5,040 nt of DNA from Candidatus Woesearchaeota archaeon (GTDB lineage: Archaea > Nanobdellota > Nanobdellia > Nanobdellales > Nanobdellaceae): assembly GCA_964468425.1 (NCBI GenBank), contig CAYXSZ010000066.1, forward strand, positions 1 through 5,040. The letters are read 5' to 3'. Shown here piece by piece: positions 5,009-5,040 of the stretch. Position 1 is the stretch's first letter. The number at the start of each line of letters is the position of its first letter. The position numbers were made by a program, and so were the translations under genes. The notes below the pieces were generated by a model. That model saw only the letters and a list, made by a program, of their open reading frames with translations. It was not told where the DNA came from and did no database searches.

Positions 5009-5040
5009 AAGTTTAATTTTAAATAAATAAATAGCGGGCT

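Noticed and set aside
5021-5033. Short (AAAT)n-like repeat and other A/T runs, considered as a repeat array or CRISPR leader
   Set aside because: There are only about three units with no spacer-repeat periodicity. This fits ordinary AT-rich intergenic or promoter sequence. I found no direct repeats of 20 nt or more anywhere in the window by eye.

Overview
AT-rich archaeal chromosomal segment. The gene content points to Archaea: a membrane-anchored LonB protease, the archaeal/eukaryotic-type peptidyl-tRNA hydrolase Pth2 and the RNase P protein Rpp21. The K/E/I-rich proteins suggest a low-GC thermophile, probably euryarchaeal, but the organism cannot be named from sequence alone. I support seven protein-coding genes. 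On the minus strand: a signal-peptide protein (1..711) that runs off the left edge and is missing from the supplied ORF track, and lonB (751..2616). On the plus strand: a polytopic membrane protein (2652..3440), divergent from lonB across only 35 bp. It is followed by a zero-gap four-gene operon of a coiled-coil protein (3596..3982), pth2 (3979..4326), a 116-aa unknown (4323..4673) and rnp4/Rpp21 (4621..4998). I see no CRISPR array, transposase, integrase, rRNA or complete tRNA, and nothing resembling a defence island; this is mostly a housekeeping neighbourhood. Second-look items, all hypotheses made by eye without any search: (a) the membrane protein resembles a site-2-protease (M50) fold whose HExxH histidines are replaced; (b) the 116-aa ORF overlaps rnp4 by 53 nt and has a weak collinear resemblance to the Rpp29 core, the known Rpp21 partner; (c) a GC-rich island at the rnp4 3' end carries a C/D-box-sRNA-like motif arrangement on the minus strand; (d) the promoter geometry is very compact and implies leaderless transcripts, including a possible 26-codon leaderless sORF ahead of the operon.
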